A stretch of 64,000 nt of DNA from a bacterium (GTDB lineage: Bacteria > SM23-31): the NCBI GenBank assembly GCA_965249485.1, contig OZ252239.1:2016001-2080000 (forward strand), read 5' to 3'. The position numbers and the translations under genes are program-made. Shown piece after piece: positions 18,638 through 29,567 of this stretch (positions within the stretch are counted from its first letter, which is position 1; each line of letters begins with the position of its first letter). Under the pieces are notes generated by a model, which saw only the letters and a program-made list of their open reading frames with translations, searched no databases and was not told where the DNA came from.

Positions 18638-19336
18638 TCAAATGAGGGAATAATCCAAAAACCTGTAACCTGACCGGAGTACAGTCTTTCCGGCCTGAAG
18701 GTGAAGAGGATTTCGGAGTATCGGTCCTTCTACCACGACGGTATGGTACTCACCCTCTTCACCAGACGGATCAATTCCGGTTTCAATAAATTCATCTATG
18801 AGTTGCTGATCCAGAACTCTACCGAGATGTTTGGCCGGCAGTTTCTCATCATTGACTGCAACAATGAGTGCCTTAAATCCAGCGGTAATGAATTCATGGA
18901 GCAGAGAAGAGCGCTGTCCCTGCCACAACGGCAATACCGGTATAATACTGGCTGCAGCACAGACTTTTTCTTCCCACGATTTGTGCCGCTCAATATCGAT
19001 ATCACCGAAAATACCGTGTGTAATGTCCGATTTTCTAATCTCACAGGCAGCATCAATAAACTTTTCTTCATAGGCAGACCACGAGCTTTGCCGGGTATGA
19101 AGAGGTATACCTAACGATGCTGCCTGTGCTTCGATGATTTCTCGGATAATACCGTGAGAACGAGTCCGTTCGCCGCCTTCGGTGAACATAGTGAGTAAAC
19201 GTTCAGGTTTTATACCGGACTGTATTGCCCGGTAGAGGGAGAGACAGGAATCTTTACCGCCGCTCCAGGAACAGAACGCCGATTTACCTTTCAGGGAAAT
19301 TGCTTTCCGGTCTGAATGTTTGAGCGCTTGCACCAT
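18638..19336 (-). CDS. DUF71/COG2102 (Dph6-like) PP-loop ATPase, copy 1
   Basis: SWSGGKDS, RSHG, FGDID, PLW, DPSGEEGEYHTVVVEGP. Confidence 0.92.
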   Translation of the reverse strand: MVQALKHSDRKAISLKGKSAFCSWSGGKDSCLSLYRAIQSGIKPERLLTMFTEGGERTRSHGIIREIIEAQAASLGIPLHTRQSSWSAYEEKFIDAACEIRKSDITHGIFGDIDIERHKSWEEKVCAAASIIPVLPLWQGQRSSLLHEFITAGFKALIVAVNDEKLPAKHLGRVLDQQLIDEFIETGIDPSGEEGEYHTVVVEGPILRNPLHLQAGKTVLRSGYRFLDYSLI

Positions 19337-19339
19337 AAC

Positions 19340-21277
19340 CTAAAAGCTCACCTTGATACCACCATGCGTGCCTATACCATAGGTGTCAAAACCGGTTGCA
19401 ACGGTATAGTTTTCATCGAACAAGTTGTCAATACTGCCGAATAGCTGGAGATTGCCTGATAACATATGCGATGCTGAAAGATTGACAAGGAGATACCTGT
19501 CAAGAACTACACGGTTTGCGGGAAATGTGCTAAAATCAAAATCGTCACGTTTTCCAATTCCTATGAGTGTGGCATTGAGTTGAGATTTATCTGACAGCCT
19601 AAAAGAACTGCTAACATTGAATTTATTTTTTGCCCGCCGGATAAGCGGTGCACCGGTGTTGCCGTCCTCGGTATTGGTATAAGTGTAACTTATGCTTAGT
19701 TCCAGTCCGGAAAAGTGAATATAGTTCAGGAATGTTTCAAGCCCTTCCGTTTTTGCTTCGCTGATATTTTGGTAAGTGAATGTTCCACTGTCAAAATCGA
19801 TGAGATTTTCAAAATCGTTTCGGAAATAAGTGGCTCCGGCGGATAATCGATTGCTCAAACCATACAGTTCTAAACCGATATCCATGCCTTTGCTGTCTTC
19901 AGCAGATAGATTTTCATCGCCAAAATTCGAATAAAGCTGAAACAGTGAAGGCGATTTAAAACCGGTACCATACACGGACTTAATTTTGAGATTTTCGGTA
20001 ATAAAAAGAGAAGGAGCAATTCTGAAGGTAACCTTCGATCCGAATTTGTCATGCTTATCATACCTGATACCAGCTGATGAAAAGAAATGGTCTCCGGTAT
20101 TAAACTGGTCTTGGACAAACAATCCGGTAGTCTGTGCGTTTTTTTCCAAAAACGTCGAAGGAAACGAGCCGGAGGTGGAAACATCCAAACGGTCTGATGA
20201 GCCTATTTCATTTTCAGATTCAACTCCAAACGTAACCGTATTATTCTCATGAGTATAAAGGTTGCTCTGCCAGTCAAACTTGAGAAGGGTTCCTTTTGAA
20301 TTGCTCCATCCCATAGATTCGAGGTGGTCTTCGTCAAAATTGTTGGTGTTATCACGGTTAAATCTGGTATACGACAGTCCGATTGTCTGTTCGGAAATAC
20401 TTTCAAGTAATAAAAACTTCACCTGTCCGCGTACAAAAAGCTCTTCCCGGTTAAGAGTGTTATTGGGATCGTCACCACCGATTCCGCCGAAATTGTCAAT
20501 CGAGGATTTTGCATCGAGATAACGGACAAAAAAATCTACACTGCTGTTTTCAAATGGTATAAATCCCAAGCGGGTAGATAAGCTGTTTCGCTTGAAACCA
20601 TCTTTCTCATTGTTTCCGTCAGATGTGCTTGCAGCAGAGATGCCGTCAGTGTTGAGACGTGAAAATGATAGGGAATAATTGAATAAACCATTGCCTCCCT
20701 GCGAACTAATGCTATTGCGGAATGTTCCGAATGAACCTGCTTCGCTCGACAGTGACAATCCCGGTCTGCCGCTTCCGCGCTTGGTAAAAATACTGATAAC
20801 TCCGGCTATTGCATCTGAACCATAAAGCGTACCCTGCGGGCCTTTAAGAACCTCGATTCGTTCTATGTTTTCAGGAGAAAGGGTTGCAAAATCAAAGAAT
20901 TTTGCGGGTGAAATTGGATCGAGAGCCTCAATGCCGTCAATAAGAACTAAGGTATGATTTGAGTTTGCACCGCGCATGAAAACCGATGTTTGGCCTCCGG
21001 TACCGCCAACTTGGACAATATCAAGTGCTGGTATGGCTCTCAACAGATCAGAAAGTAGATTGTGCCGGCTATTTTCAATCTTATCTGATCCTATTACGGT
21101 TACGGAACTGGCAAGTTCTTTATGAGTCGTTGCAGTTCTTGTCGCAGAGACCACAATTTCATCAATAATATAAATTTCTAATTCTGTATCTTTTTTAGTA
21201 TCTTGAGCTTGTATATTCTGAGGAATACCGGTGATTGCAACAATGGTGCATATGAATAGTTGTTTCCGAAAATTCAT
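19340..21277 (-). CDS. btuB: TonB-dependent vitamin B12 receptor (BtuB-like)
   Basis: DEIVVSATR TonB-box region, SVFMRGANSNHTLVLIDG, IERIEVLKGPQGTLYGSDAIAGVI, GTGFKSPSL, C-terminal F; first gene after a cobalamin riboswitch. Confidence 0.88.
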   Translation of the reverse strand: MNFRKQLFICTIVAITGIPQNIQAQDTKKDTELEIYIIDEIVVSATRTATTHKELASSVTVIGSDKIENSRHNLLSDLLRAIPALDIVQVGGTGGQTSVFMRGANSNHTLVLIDGIEALDPISPAKFFDFATLSPENIERIEVLKGPQGTLYGSDAIAGVISIFTKRGSGRPGLSLSSEAGSFGTFRNSISSQGGNGLFNYSLSFSRLNTDGISAASTSDGNNEKDGFKRNSLSTRLGFIPFENSSVDFFVRYLDAKSSIDNFGGIGGDDPNNTLNREELFVRGQVKFLLLESISEQTIGLSYTRFNRDNTNNFDEDHLESMGWSNSKGTLLKFDWQSNLYTHENNTVTFGVESENEIGSSDRLDVSTSGSFPSTFLEKNAQTTGLFVQDQFNTGDHFFSSAGIRYDKHDKFGSKVTFRIAPSLFITENLKIKSVYGTGFKSPSLFQLYSNFGDENLSAEDSKGMDIGLELYGLSNRLSAGATYFRNDFENLIDFDSGTFTYQNISEAKTEGLETFLNYIHFSGLELSISYTYTNTEDGNTGAPLIRRAKNKFNVSSSFRLSDKSQLNATLIGIGKRDDFDFSTFPANRVVLDRYLLVNLSASHMLSGNLQLFGSIDNLFDENYTVATGFDTYGIGTHGGIKVSF

Positions 21278-21381
21278 TCAATCCTCCTTTATGAATTGAG
21301 TATGTTGCGGGTAGAAAGGAGACCGTAACATATCGGAAAGGCAATGCTGCAGCAGATCGAAAAAAATTCCGCCAGGGGCAT

Positions 21382-21417
21382 AAAAAAAACCCCGGCCGTC
21401 GAAGAAAGGATGCGGGG
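21382..21417 (-). terminator. Intrinsic terminator in the btuB leader (riboswitch expression platform)
   Basis: Minus strand CCCCGCATCC...GACGGCCGGGG followed by T8. Confidence 0.6.
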
Positions 21418-21484
21418 AATATCATTTATTCTGCACTTGCCTTACCCTCGAAGGAGTTGCACGGTTCTACGTTAAACCAGTTCC

Positions 21485-21635
21485 AGTCAACAGCAGGTTT
21501 CCTGACTTCGGCTTCTAACCTACTCGCTCACCTTCCCATCCCGGTATTCAGGAACAGTGGATTGAAGGAGCTTTCGTAGCCGTTACAGTAACGGGGTTGT
21601 AACGGAATTGCACCGTTTTCCCTTCACTGTTGACT
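21485..21635 (-). ncRNA. Cobalamin riboswitch
   Basis: Minus strand AGTCAACAG-TGAAGGGAA-AACGGTGCAATTCCGTT-ACAACCCCG-TTACTGT...CCACTG...GGGAAGG...AAGTCAGGAAACCTG-CTGTTGACT; P1 arms pair; B12-box present. Confidence 0.93.
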
Positions 21636-21678
21636 AAATGTATAAAATTAATGTTTCAATTAATTAGTTGATGGAATT

Positions 21679-21707
21679 AGTATATGAAACATTTTGGCTT
21701 ATGTCAA
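21679..21707 (-). promoter_or_regulatory. Sigma70 promoter of the B12 operon
   Basis: TTGACA-17 nt-TATACT on the minus strand, just upstream of the riboswitch. Confidence 0.8.
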
Positions 21708-21958
21708 GAAAATAATTTGATGTGTGTCTTTATAATATCGCAAGATGTCATTGTGAACGGACATTGTTATACAATATGTTGTGGTTTGTCCTTGGTTGAG
21801 CAACAGTGGTTTATGCTTTTATTTCATCTAATCCGATGTCGGAAGTATTGCTGTTGATGTATGGTAAAAAAGAGTTAAAAAAGTCTGTATATATTGATTT
21901 TTGATAAAAATAGTAGTACATTTCTCAAATATTTTGTCCGCATATAAAGGATCATAGT

Positions 21959-23302
21959 GTGAAAATTGTAATTATTGGTGTAGGGGAAGTTGGATTTAAT
22001 CTTGCAAAAATTCTGTCACAGGAAAATCACGATGTGACGGTAATCGAAACGAACCCCGATAAATGTACACACGCAACCGAACAACTTGATGTTGCAGTAA
22101 TAGAAGGAAACGGTGCAAGTGTGGAACATCTGGTTGAAGCGGATATCAAGAACGCCGATATTGTTGTTGCTGCATCCGATATTGATGAAGTAAATATTAT
22201 CGTATGCATGCTGACGAAAAAATTGTCGAATGCACGTACGATTGCACGTGTCAGAAATCCGGAGTATTCTTTCGATAATCCTGTAATCAGTTCCGATCAG
22301 CTTGGTATCGATTTGATTATTCATCCGGAAAAGGAAGTAGCACATGAGATTTCTCTGCTTGTACGCCAGGCATCCGCTACAGAAACAGTTCTCATTGCCG
22401 ATGGCAAGCTGCAATTGATGGGAGTACGCATTACCTCAAGAAAAGCGCCTGCTGTTGGTAAAACGTTGAAAGAGCTGGGAGTTAGTTATCCGAACATTCC
22501 TTTCAGAATTGCTGCAATAAACAGGCGCAATACTACCATTGTTCCGCAAGGAGATGTCTGGATCCAATATAATGATCAACTTTATATAATATCTGATACT
22601 AATAGTATTCCAGAAGTTTTGAAACTACTCGGTAAAGAAGACGAAAAGCTTGAAGATGTGATGATCCTTGGAGGGGGAAAGATTGGGAGATTTGTAGCCG
22701 AAGAACTTGAGCAGGAAATCGGTGTGAAACTGATTGAATCAAACCGGGAAAAGTCTCAGCGGCTTGCCGAACAGTTGAAAAAGACACTGGTAATCAGTGG
22801 AGATGGTACAGATTTTGACCTGCTTGGTCGGGAAGATATTATGGAGATGGATTGCTACATTGCAGTCACCCATGATGAGGAAAATAATATTATTTCTGGA
22901 CTGCTTGCGAAACACCTTGGTGTTAAACGTGTTATTGCTCTAGTCAACAAGCTCGAATATCTTCCGATTATCCCGACAATCGGTATTGATGCAACAGTAA
23001 GTAAGGTGCTGTCAACGGTTGACGGAATAATGCGCTTTATCAGGCGAGGGAAAGTACTTTCGGTTTCGTCTTTTAAGGGTGTCGGAGCAGAAGTTATTGA
23101 ATTTACCGTGTCTGAAAATGCGTTAATAGCAAATAAGGATCTCAGGCTGGCAAAATTTCCCGCAGGAGCAATCGTCGGCGGATTGATTCGGAATAATGAG
23201 ATTATTATACCAACCGGCAAAACAGTTATTAAACCGCACGATAAAGCCGTCGTATTTGCACTGCCCGATGCAATAGGAAATGTTGAAAAGTTTTTTGAAT
23301 AA
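21959..23302 (+). CDS. trkA: Trk potassium uptake regulatory subunit
   Basis: Two RCK_N (GxGxxG) plus RCK_C domains, 447 aa. Confidence 0.95.
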   Translation: MKIVIIGVGEVGFNLAKILSQENHDVTVIETNPDKCTHATEQLDVAVIEGNGASVEHLVEADIKNADIVVAASDIDEVNIIVCMLTKKLSNARTIARVRNPEYSFDNPVISSDQLGIDLIIHPEKEVAHEISLLVRQASATETVLIADGKLQLMGVRITSRKAPAVGKTLKELGVSYPNIPFRIAAINRRNTTIVPQGDVWIQYNDQLYIISDTNSIPEVLKLLGKEDEKLEDVMILGGGKIGRFVAEELEQEIGVKLIESNREKSQRLAEQLKKTLVISGDGTDFDLLGREDIMEMDCYIAVTHDEENNIISGLLAKHLGVKRVIALVNKLEYLPIIPTIGIDATVSKVLSTVDGIMRFIRRGKVLSVSSFKGVGAEVIEFTVSENALIANKDLRLAKFPAGAIVGGLIRNNEIIIPTGKTVIKPHDKAVVFALPDAIGNVEKFFE

Positions 23303-23390
23303 TCTGAATGCTAATAAAATATACAAAGCATCTTCATAAATTTCTTACCGCTACTCTTAATAGATTGTCTCATCGATTCCGGTATACTTT

Positions 23391-24836
23391 GTGATACGTT
23401 ATTCTTCTATACTTAATATACTTGGTCTGCTGCAGATGTTCGTCGGTGTATTTATGCTGATTCCGGCAGGTATTGCACTATACTTCGGAGACGGAGATTT
23501 CAATGCTATCATTATTTCCTCCGGAATCACCGTCATTACCGGATTACTTATATATAAATTTACCGAATCACCGGACGAAATTCGTTCTAAAGAGGGATTT
23601 GCGATTGTGACATTCGGATGGATGACCGCCGCACTCTACGGTTCCTTGCCTTTTTACATTTCAGGCGCAATGCCCTCTTTTATCGATTGTTTCTTTGAAA
23701 CGATGTCCGGTTTTACTACAACGGGTGCTTCAATCCTGACCGATATTGAAGTACTACCTCGCGGATTGTTGTTTTGGCGCTCTCTGACACACTGGCTTGG
23801 CGGTATGGGAATTATATTGTTATCTCTTGCGATTCTCCCCATTTTAGGGATCGGAGGAATGCAGCTTTACAAGGCTGAAGTTCCCGGCCCCACAAGCGAC
23901 AAATTAAGTCCTCGTGTTCGAGAAACAGCAAAGTTGTTGTGGTTTGTCTATGTGCTTTTTACAGCGGTTGAAGTGCTGCTCTTAAAGTTTGGCGGAATGT
24001 CGTGGTATGATTCACTGTGTCATTCATTCGGTACGATGGCAACCGGAGGTTTTGCTACAAAGAATGCAAGTATAGCCCACTATAACAGCGCATATTTTGA
24101 TATAATAATAATAATCTTTATGATTATTGCAGGGTCAAACTTTGCGCTCCATTATCGGGCGCTTCGTGGTGATTTTAAAGCTTACCTCAGAGATCAGGAG
24201 TTTAAATTCTACATTAGCACGTTTGCCGTGGTATCAGTAGTGTTGTTTTTGAACGTCTATTTCAATACCCCGAATGAAATCGCAAAAACTGCTCGTGACT
24301 CAATCTTTCAGGTTGTCTCAATCGGAACAACAACCGGGTATGCGACTGCTGATTATGAAAATTGGAATGCTGTATCGCAGTTACTAATATTTCTCCTCAT
24401 GTTCGTCGGTGGTTGTGCCGGATCGACCGGAGGTAGCATGAAAATAGTCCGCATTATGCTCCTTTTAAAATTCGGTATCGCCGAATTGAAAAAAACCATT
24501 CATCCCGATGCAGTAATTCCAGTCAGGTTCAATGGCAATCCTGTCCCACCTGATGTTATTCAGAAAATATTAAGCTTTTTTCTCCTGTTTGTCGGGTTGT
24601 TCATTTTTTCAACTATAATTATGGCCATGCTCGGTCTCGATTTTCTTTCGGCGATGGGATCAGTTGCTGCCTCAATTGGGAACATTGGACCTGGGCTTGC
24701 CGATGTCGGTCCAACGGATAACTATGCATTTGTTCCTCAATCAGGGAAATTATTGCTTGCTTTTTTAATGCTAATCGGTAGGCTTGAAGTGTTTACGGTA
24801 CTGGTCATTTTCCATCCGTCATTCTGGAGAAAGTAA
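23391..24836 (+). CDS. trkH: Trk potassium uptake membrane subunit
   Basis: FETMSGFTTTGAS, WLGGMGI, ATGGF, GGCAGSTGG, GNIGPG, GRLE motifs. Confidence 0.96.
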   Translation: MIRYSSILNILGLLQMFVGVFMLIPAGIALYFGDGDFNAIIISSGITVITGLLIYKFTESPDEIRSKEGFAIVTFGWMTAALYGSLPFYISGAMPSFIDCFFETMSGFTTTGASILTDIEVLPRGLLFWRSLTHWLGGMGIILLSLAILPILGIGGMQLYKAEVPGPTSDKLSPRVRETAKLLWFVYVLFTAVEVLLLKFGGMSWYDSLCHSFGTMATGGFATKNASIAHYNSAYFDIIIIIFMIIAGSNFALHYRALRGDFKAYLRDQEFKFYISTFAVVSVVLFLNVYFNTPNEIAKTARDSIFQVVSIGTTTGYATADYENWNAVSQLLIFLLMFVGGCAGSTGGSMKIVRIMLLLKFGIAELKKTIHPDAVIPVRFNGNPVPPDVIQKILSFFLLFVGLFIFSTIIMAMLGLDFLSAMGSVAASIGNIGPGLADVGPTDNYAFVPQSGKLLLAFLMLIGRLEVFTVLVIFHPSFWRK

Positions 24837-24890
24837 GTGTTTGTATAAATATTATTATCTTATACCTCAGTAGCAATAAATGAAAATGTT

Positions 24891-25451
24891 ATGGATTCTC
24901 AATCGATACCGCGTCTGATAAAATCCTATCTCAATGTTGAAGCATTACTCGAAGCTGAACCGGGTCTGACAAATAAAGATATTACAACGCTTTTTCAGAA
25001 GCTTGAGGACGCTTTTGGTACAAACACTTCATCAAATCGTACTCATGGAAAACAACTAAAACTTTACACTGACGGAGCTGCCCGGGGAAATCCGGGGCCG
25101 GCGGCAATTGGATGTGTGATCCTCGATAGTAATGACAACATACTTCTGGAATCAGGAAAAGCAATCGGTCAAACAACAAATAATACAGCTGAATATCAGG
25201 CCCTACTCTATGGATTGGAACTCGTGCAGCAACTCAAACCTGAATCAGTTGCAGTTTTTTCTGATAGCGAATTGATGGTGAATCAGATAAATGGTGCATA
25301 CAAAACAAGAGAAAATCACCTGAAAAAACTTAAGCTCGAAGCAGAAAAACACTTAAAAGCTTTAAATCACTACACAATTCAGGCAATACCGCGGTCTCAG
25401 AATAAAATAGCAGATTCGCTTGCAAACAAGGCACTTGACGCACAAAAGTGA
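24891..25451 (+). CDS. rnhA: Ribonuclease HI family protein with N-terminal extension
   Basis: YTDGAARGNPGPA, TNNTAEYQAL, SDSELMVNQ, PRSQNKIADSLAN. Confidence 0.88.
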   Translation: MDSQSIPRLIKSYLNVEALLEAEPGLTNKDITTLFQKLEDAFGTNTSSNRTHGKQLKLYTDGAARGNPGPAAIGCVILDSNDNILLESGKAIGQTTNNTAEYQALLYGLELVQQLKPESVAVFSDSELMVNQINGAYKTRENHLKKLKLEAEKHLKALNHYTIQAIPRSQNKIADSLANKALDAQK

Positions 25452-25687
25452 TAGATTCGGATTGAATGAATTTTGTTAAGATGATTTTCAATAAAAAGAT
25501 TTAGGGAAATTAGAATAATGCCAAGCTATCAGATCATCTTATATACTAACATAAAAATCCGGATTTGCACAGGTTATGTTTTCTTGAAATCTCCCCGGTT
25601 TATTCCCCGCTTCGAATCCGAAAATGCGACTTAACTCTTTGATTTGCAACTACATAGCAACAAATATGCCAGAACGATTTATTTGGC

Positions 25688-25716
25688 TTGACTATCATGG
25701 AAATTTGGTGTATATT
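25688..25716 (+). promoter_or_regulatory. Sigma70 promoter for gatC
   Basis: TTGACT-17 nt-TATATT. Confidence 0.6.
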
Positions 25717-25753
25717 TTTTTTGAATATGTGACTCAATCAGGTGTTTGACTCT

Positions 25754-26041
25754 ATGTCCGATTTGAAATTCGATATTGATAAAGTTGCCGAACTGGCAAT
25801 GTTAAAATTGTCTTCTGAGCAGAAAGAGCGATTCGGCAAACAACTAAAAGAAATTCTGGCATATATTGAAAAGCTTAATGAGCTTGATACGGAGAATGTC
25901 GAGCCACTCCGGCATGTTCTGGAGATTGCCACACCTTTTCGTGAGGACAAAGCTTTTCCCTCTATCGATAGGGATAAAGCTCTCATGAATGCCCCTGCCA
26001 GTGAAGATGGTTTTTTTAAAACCCCAAAAGTGAAAAACTGA
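25754..26041 (+). CDS. gatC: Asp/Glu-tRNA amidotransferase subunit C
   Basis: KVAELAML...ILAYIEKLNELDTENVEP...FREDK...NAP...FFKTPKV. Confidence 0.93.
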   Translation: MSDLKFDIDKVAELAMLKLSSEQKERFGKQLKEILAYIEKLNELDTENVEPLRHVLEIATPFREDKAFPSIDRDKALMNAPASEDGFFKTPKVKN

Positions 26042-26152
26042 TGGGTTTTTTTCTTTTATATCTTAGTAATTGATAAATCCCTTTACACAGTTTTTGAATG
26101 GTCTGGTAAAGGGATAGTGGATTTTTTTTGAGATACATCATAGATTGCATAT

Positions 26153-26914
26153 GTGAGGAATACTACGGGTAAGAATGCAGTAGGTATTATACCGGCTCGC
26201 TATGGTTCTACGCGATTTCCCGGCAAACCGCTTGCCTTGATAGCAGGTAAGCCGATGATACAGCGAGTATATGAGAATGCCACGAATGCATCACGGTTAG
26301 CGCAGATAGTAGTAGCGACAGATGATGATCGTATTGCTGAGTGTGTAGCCGGCTTTGGTGGTGAATATGTCATGACCGACTCATCAATTCAGACCGGCAC
26401 AGAACGAGTTGGTGAAGCTGCAAAAAATTATAGTGCCGACATAGTAGTTAATATACAAGGCGATGAGCCGCTTGCCCCTCCTGAGTTGTTCGATGATTTG
26501 GTTGATGCATTACAGCAGCACAATTCATTGCCTGTTTGTACTCCGGTAACGAAGATCACATCACATGACGATCTTGTCGACCCGAATCAAGCAAGAGTAC
26601 TGTTTGATATGAACGACAGGGCACTCTATTTTACCCGGGCTGCGGTTCCGTTTAACCGAGATGTTGAGTTGCAGCAAGAATGGCTTACGATTACACAGTA
26701 TTGGAAACATATCGGAATTTATTGTTTCAGGAGTGATTTTTTACAGACATTTGTAACGCTTCCTAAGGGAAATCTGGAAAAAATCGAAAAGCTTGAACAA
26801 CTGCGAATTCTTGAACATGGTTATCCGATATTAGTTGTTAAAACAGATTATTCTCCTGTGTGCGTTGATGTCCCAGGAGACATTCGGAGAGTAGAAGCGC
26901 TCATTAGAGAATAA
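26153..26914 (+). CDS. kdsB: CMP-KDO synthetase
   Basis: IIPARYGSTRFPGKPL, VNIQGDEP, KHIGIY, EKLEQLR. Confidence 0.96.
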   Translation: MRNTTGKNAVGIIPARYGSTRFPGKPLALIAGKPMIQRVYENATNASRLAQIVVATDDDRIAECVAGFGGEYVMTDSSIQTGTERVGEAAKNYSADIVVNIQGDEPLAPPELFDDLVDALQQHNSLPVCTPVTKITSHDDLVDPNQARVLFDMNDRALYFTRAAVPFNRDVELQQEWLTITQYWKHIGIYCFRSDFLQTFVTLPKGNLEKIEKLEQLRILEHGYPILVVKTDYSPVCVDVPGDIRRVEALIRE

Positions 26915-26997
26915 GATGGAACAGTTGCTGAATTGCACATAATTATGTGGTAAACCGATGTATTACTCAGAATGATTAATGGAGAGAGGCAAGTCCT

Positions 26998-28680
26998 ATG
27001 AAAATTCCGAAGCGGACGAAATTTATTTTTGTTACTGGTGGCGTGGTATCCTCATTGGGAAAGGGAATAGCTGCTTCTTCGCTGGGGTATCTATTGAAGT
27101 TGCGTGGATTACGTGTCACCATCCAGAAATTCGATCCGTATATCAATGTCGATCCGGGAACCATGAATCCATATCAGCATGGTGAAGTATATGTTACGGA
27201 TGATGGAGCTGAAACCGACCTTGACCTTGGACATTATGAGCGATTTATCGACGTTTCGATGACCGGGCAGAACAGCACCACAACAGGACAGATTTACAAT
27301 GAAGTAATTAGTAAAGAGCGGAGAGGGGAATTTCTCGGGAGCACGGTACAGGTTATTCCGCACATTACCGACGAGATTAAGCGGAGAATAGTTGCTCCTG
27401 CAATGACACAGTATGAGTTTGATGTTGTTATTACCGAAGTCGGAGGGACAGTCGGTGACATTGAAGGTCTTCCATTTTTAGAAGCAATCAGACAGTTTTA
27501 TCTTGAAACAGGCCCGAGCCGTTCGCTCATTATTCATGTGACGCTCGTGCCTTATATAGAAAGTTCCGGTGAGCTCAAGACAAAACCAACACAGCATTCT
27601 GTTATGCGGCTGAGGGAAATCGGACTTCAGCCGGATATGCTGCTTTGCCGAACTGACAAGCCGCTGTTGAAAGAGATGCGTGATAAAATAGGACTTTTCT
27701 GTAATGTACCGCCTTCTGCAGTATTTGAAGCACGCAATGTGCCGACCATCTATGAAGTGCCTCTTCATTATGAAGAGGAAAACGTTGCCGATCTTGTTAT
27801 TAAGAGGTTGCGGATAAAATGCAAAAAGCCTGATTTAAGTAAGTGGAAAACGTTTGTAGACAACATAAAAAATCCCAAAGGTGACGTAACCATCGGAATA
27901 TGTGGAAAGTATACCGATCTACGTGATGCTTATAAGAGCATAATTGAAAGTTTTGTGCATGCCGGCGTTGAAAATGAAGTGAAAGTGAATATAAAATGGC
28001 TCGGTTCGGAACAGATAACTAATGAAAATGTAGAAGAAATGCTGGAAGGTATACACGGACTGCTTGTTCCCGGTGGATTTGGCGACCGGGGAATTGAAGG
28101 TAAAATAATTGCTGTCCGCTATGTACGGGAAAACAATATTCCGTTTTTCGGCATCTGTCTCGGTCTTCAGTGTGCAGTCATTGAGTTTGCACGCAATGTG
28201 TGCAAAATGTCGAAAGCACATAGTGCAGAAATTGCGCCGAAGGCAAAATACAATGTTATTGATTTGATGCCGGACCAGCGCGGTATAGTTGATAAAGGTG
28301 CAACAATGAGGCTCGGGGCTTATCCATGTGTCCTGAAGGATGACACAAATGCACACAAAGCGTATAATAAAATCGTTATAAAAGAGCGGCACCGTCACAG
28401 ATATGAGGTAAATAATGATTTCAAACCGATTCTCGCAGAACAGGGCATGATATTTTCGGGACTATCACCCGATGAAAACCTTGTTGAGATTATTGAAGTA
28501 GAAGATCATCCCTGGTTTGTCGGTTGCCAGTTTCATCCGGAATTGAAGTCACGTGCAACAAAATCCCATCCGCTTTTCAGGGATTTTGTCAAAGCAACAA
28601 CACAGTATAAATATGGTGCTTCTGAAAAAGCACAGCCTGTTGAACAAGAAGAAGATACAATTACTGCTGATACCGAGTAG
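26998..28680 (+). CDS. pyrG: CTP synthase
   Basis: [44 protein letters not shown]. Confidence 0.99.
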   Translation: MKIPKRTKFIFVTGGVVSSLGKGIAASSLGYLLKLRGLRVTIQKFDPYINVDPGTMNPYQHGEVYVTDDGAETDLDLGHYERFIDVSMTGQNSTTTGQIYNEVISKERRGEFLGSTVQVIPHITDEIKRRIVAPAMTQYEFDVVITEVGGTVGDIEGLPFLEAIRQFYLETGPSRSLIIHVTLVPYIESSGELKTKPTQHSVMRLREIGLQPDMLLCRTDKPLLKEMRDKIGLFCNVPPSAVFEARNVPTIYEVPLHYEEENVADLVIKRLRIKCKKPDLSKWKTFVDNIKNPKGDVTIGICGKYTDLRDAYKSIIESFVHAGVENEVKVNIKWLGSEQITNENVEEMLEGIHGLLVPGGFGDRGIEGKIIAVRYVRENNIPFFGICLGLQCAVIEFARNVCKMSKAHSAEIAPKAKYNVIDLMPDQRGIVDKGATMRLGAYPCVLKDDTNAHKAYNKIVIKERHRHRYEVNNDFKPILAEQGMIFSGLSPDENLVEIIEVEDHPWFVGCQFHPELKSRATKSHPLFRDFVKATTQYKYGASEKAQPVEQEEDTITADTE

Positions 28681-28733
28681 GATTGTTCGGTAGTTCAGGT
28701 GTCATGCGTTGCAGAGGAGATTTCGTTTAAGCG

Positions 28734-29567
28734 ATGAAAGAAGTTTTTGTAAAATCTATACCGATAGGGGGAGGGAATCCTCTTGTGCTGATAGCCGGTC
28801 CGTGTGTTATGGAAGGTGAACAAACGGTGCTTCGAATGGCGAGTAAAGTTAAATCAGTTGCGGATCAGCTTAATATCCCATTGATATTTAAGTCATCATA
28901 TCTCAAAGACAACCGTTCTTCTGCGGAGACTTTTCAGGGACCCGGTGTTCACGAGGGCATGGCGATATTAAAAAAGGTCAAAGACGAATATGGACTGCCC
29001 GTATTATCCGACATCCACGGTGTTGAAGAAGTTGATACAGCCGCAGAAGTTCTTGATGTGATTCAAATCCCGGCATATCTCTCAATGCAGACGAGTCTCG
29101 TTGTTGCAGCGGGAAAAACAGGAAAAGTTATCAATGTGAAGAAGGGGCAGTTTTTGCATCCGCTTGACATGAAAAATGTTATCGGCAAGCTAGAGTATGC
29201 CGGAAATACGAACATCCTATTAACAGACAGAGGAACCTCATTCGGTTACCGGTCACTTGTAGCAGATATGCGGGCATTACCGTTAATGCGTTCGCTTGGG
29301 TATCCGGTCGTCTTCGATCCGACACATTCCTTGCGGAACTATGGTATACCGTCGTCCGATAAGCGGGGTGGAAATCCTGAGTTAATTCCCCATATATCTC
29401 GTGCTGGAATTGCAGCGGGGTGTGACGCGATATTCATTGAAACGCATGACAATCTGGATGAAGCTCAATGTGATGCGTCAAGCATGCTGCCTTTTGAGCA
29501 GTTAAAACCATTACTCGAAACATTATTGGAAATCGATACCATTGTCAGACCAATTATATCCGAATGA
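28734..29567 (+). CDS. kdsA: KDO-8-phosphate synthase
   Basis: LIAGPCV, NRSS, QIPA, NVKKGQF, FDPTHS, FIETH. Confidence 0.96.
   Translation: MKEVFVKSIPIGGGNPLVLIAGPCVMEGEQTVLRMASKVKSVADQLNIPLIFKSSYLKDNRSSAETFQGPGVHEGMAILKKVKDEYGLPVLSDIHGVEEVDTAAEVLDVIQIPAYLSMQTSLVVAAGKTGKVINVKKGQFLHPLDMKNVIGKLEYAGNTNILLTDRGTSFGYRSLVADMRALPLMRSLGYPVVFDPTHSLRNYGIPSSDKRGGNPELIPHISRAGIAAGCDAIFIETHDNLDEAQCDASSMLPFEQLKPLLETLLEIDTIVRPIISE

Noticed and set aside
21195..21425. 76-aa minus-strand ORF as a leader peptide of btuB
   Set aside because: It spans the riboswitch terminator and the btuB start out of frame; explained by the RNA element.
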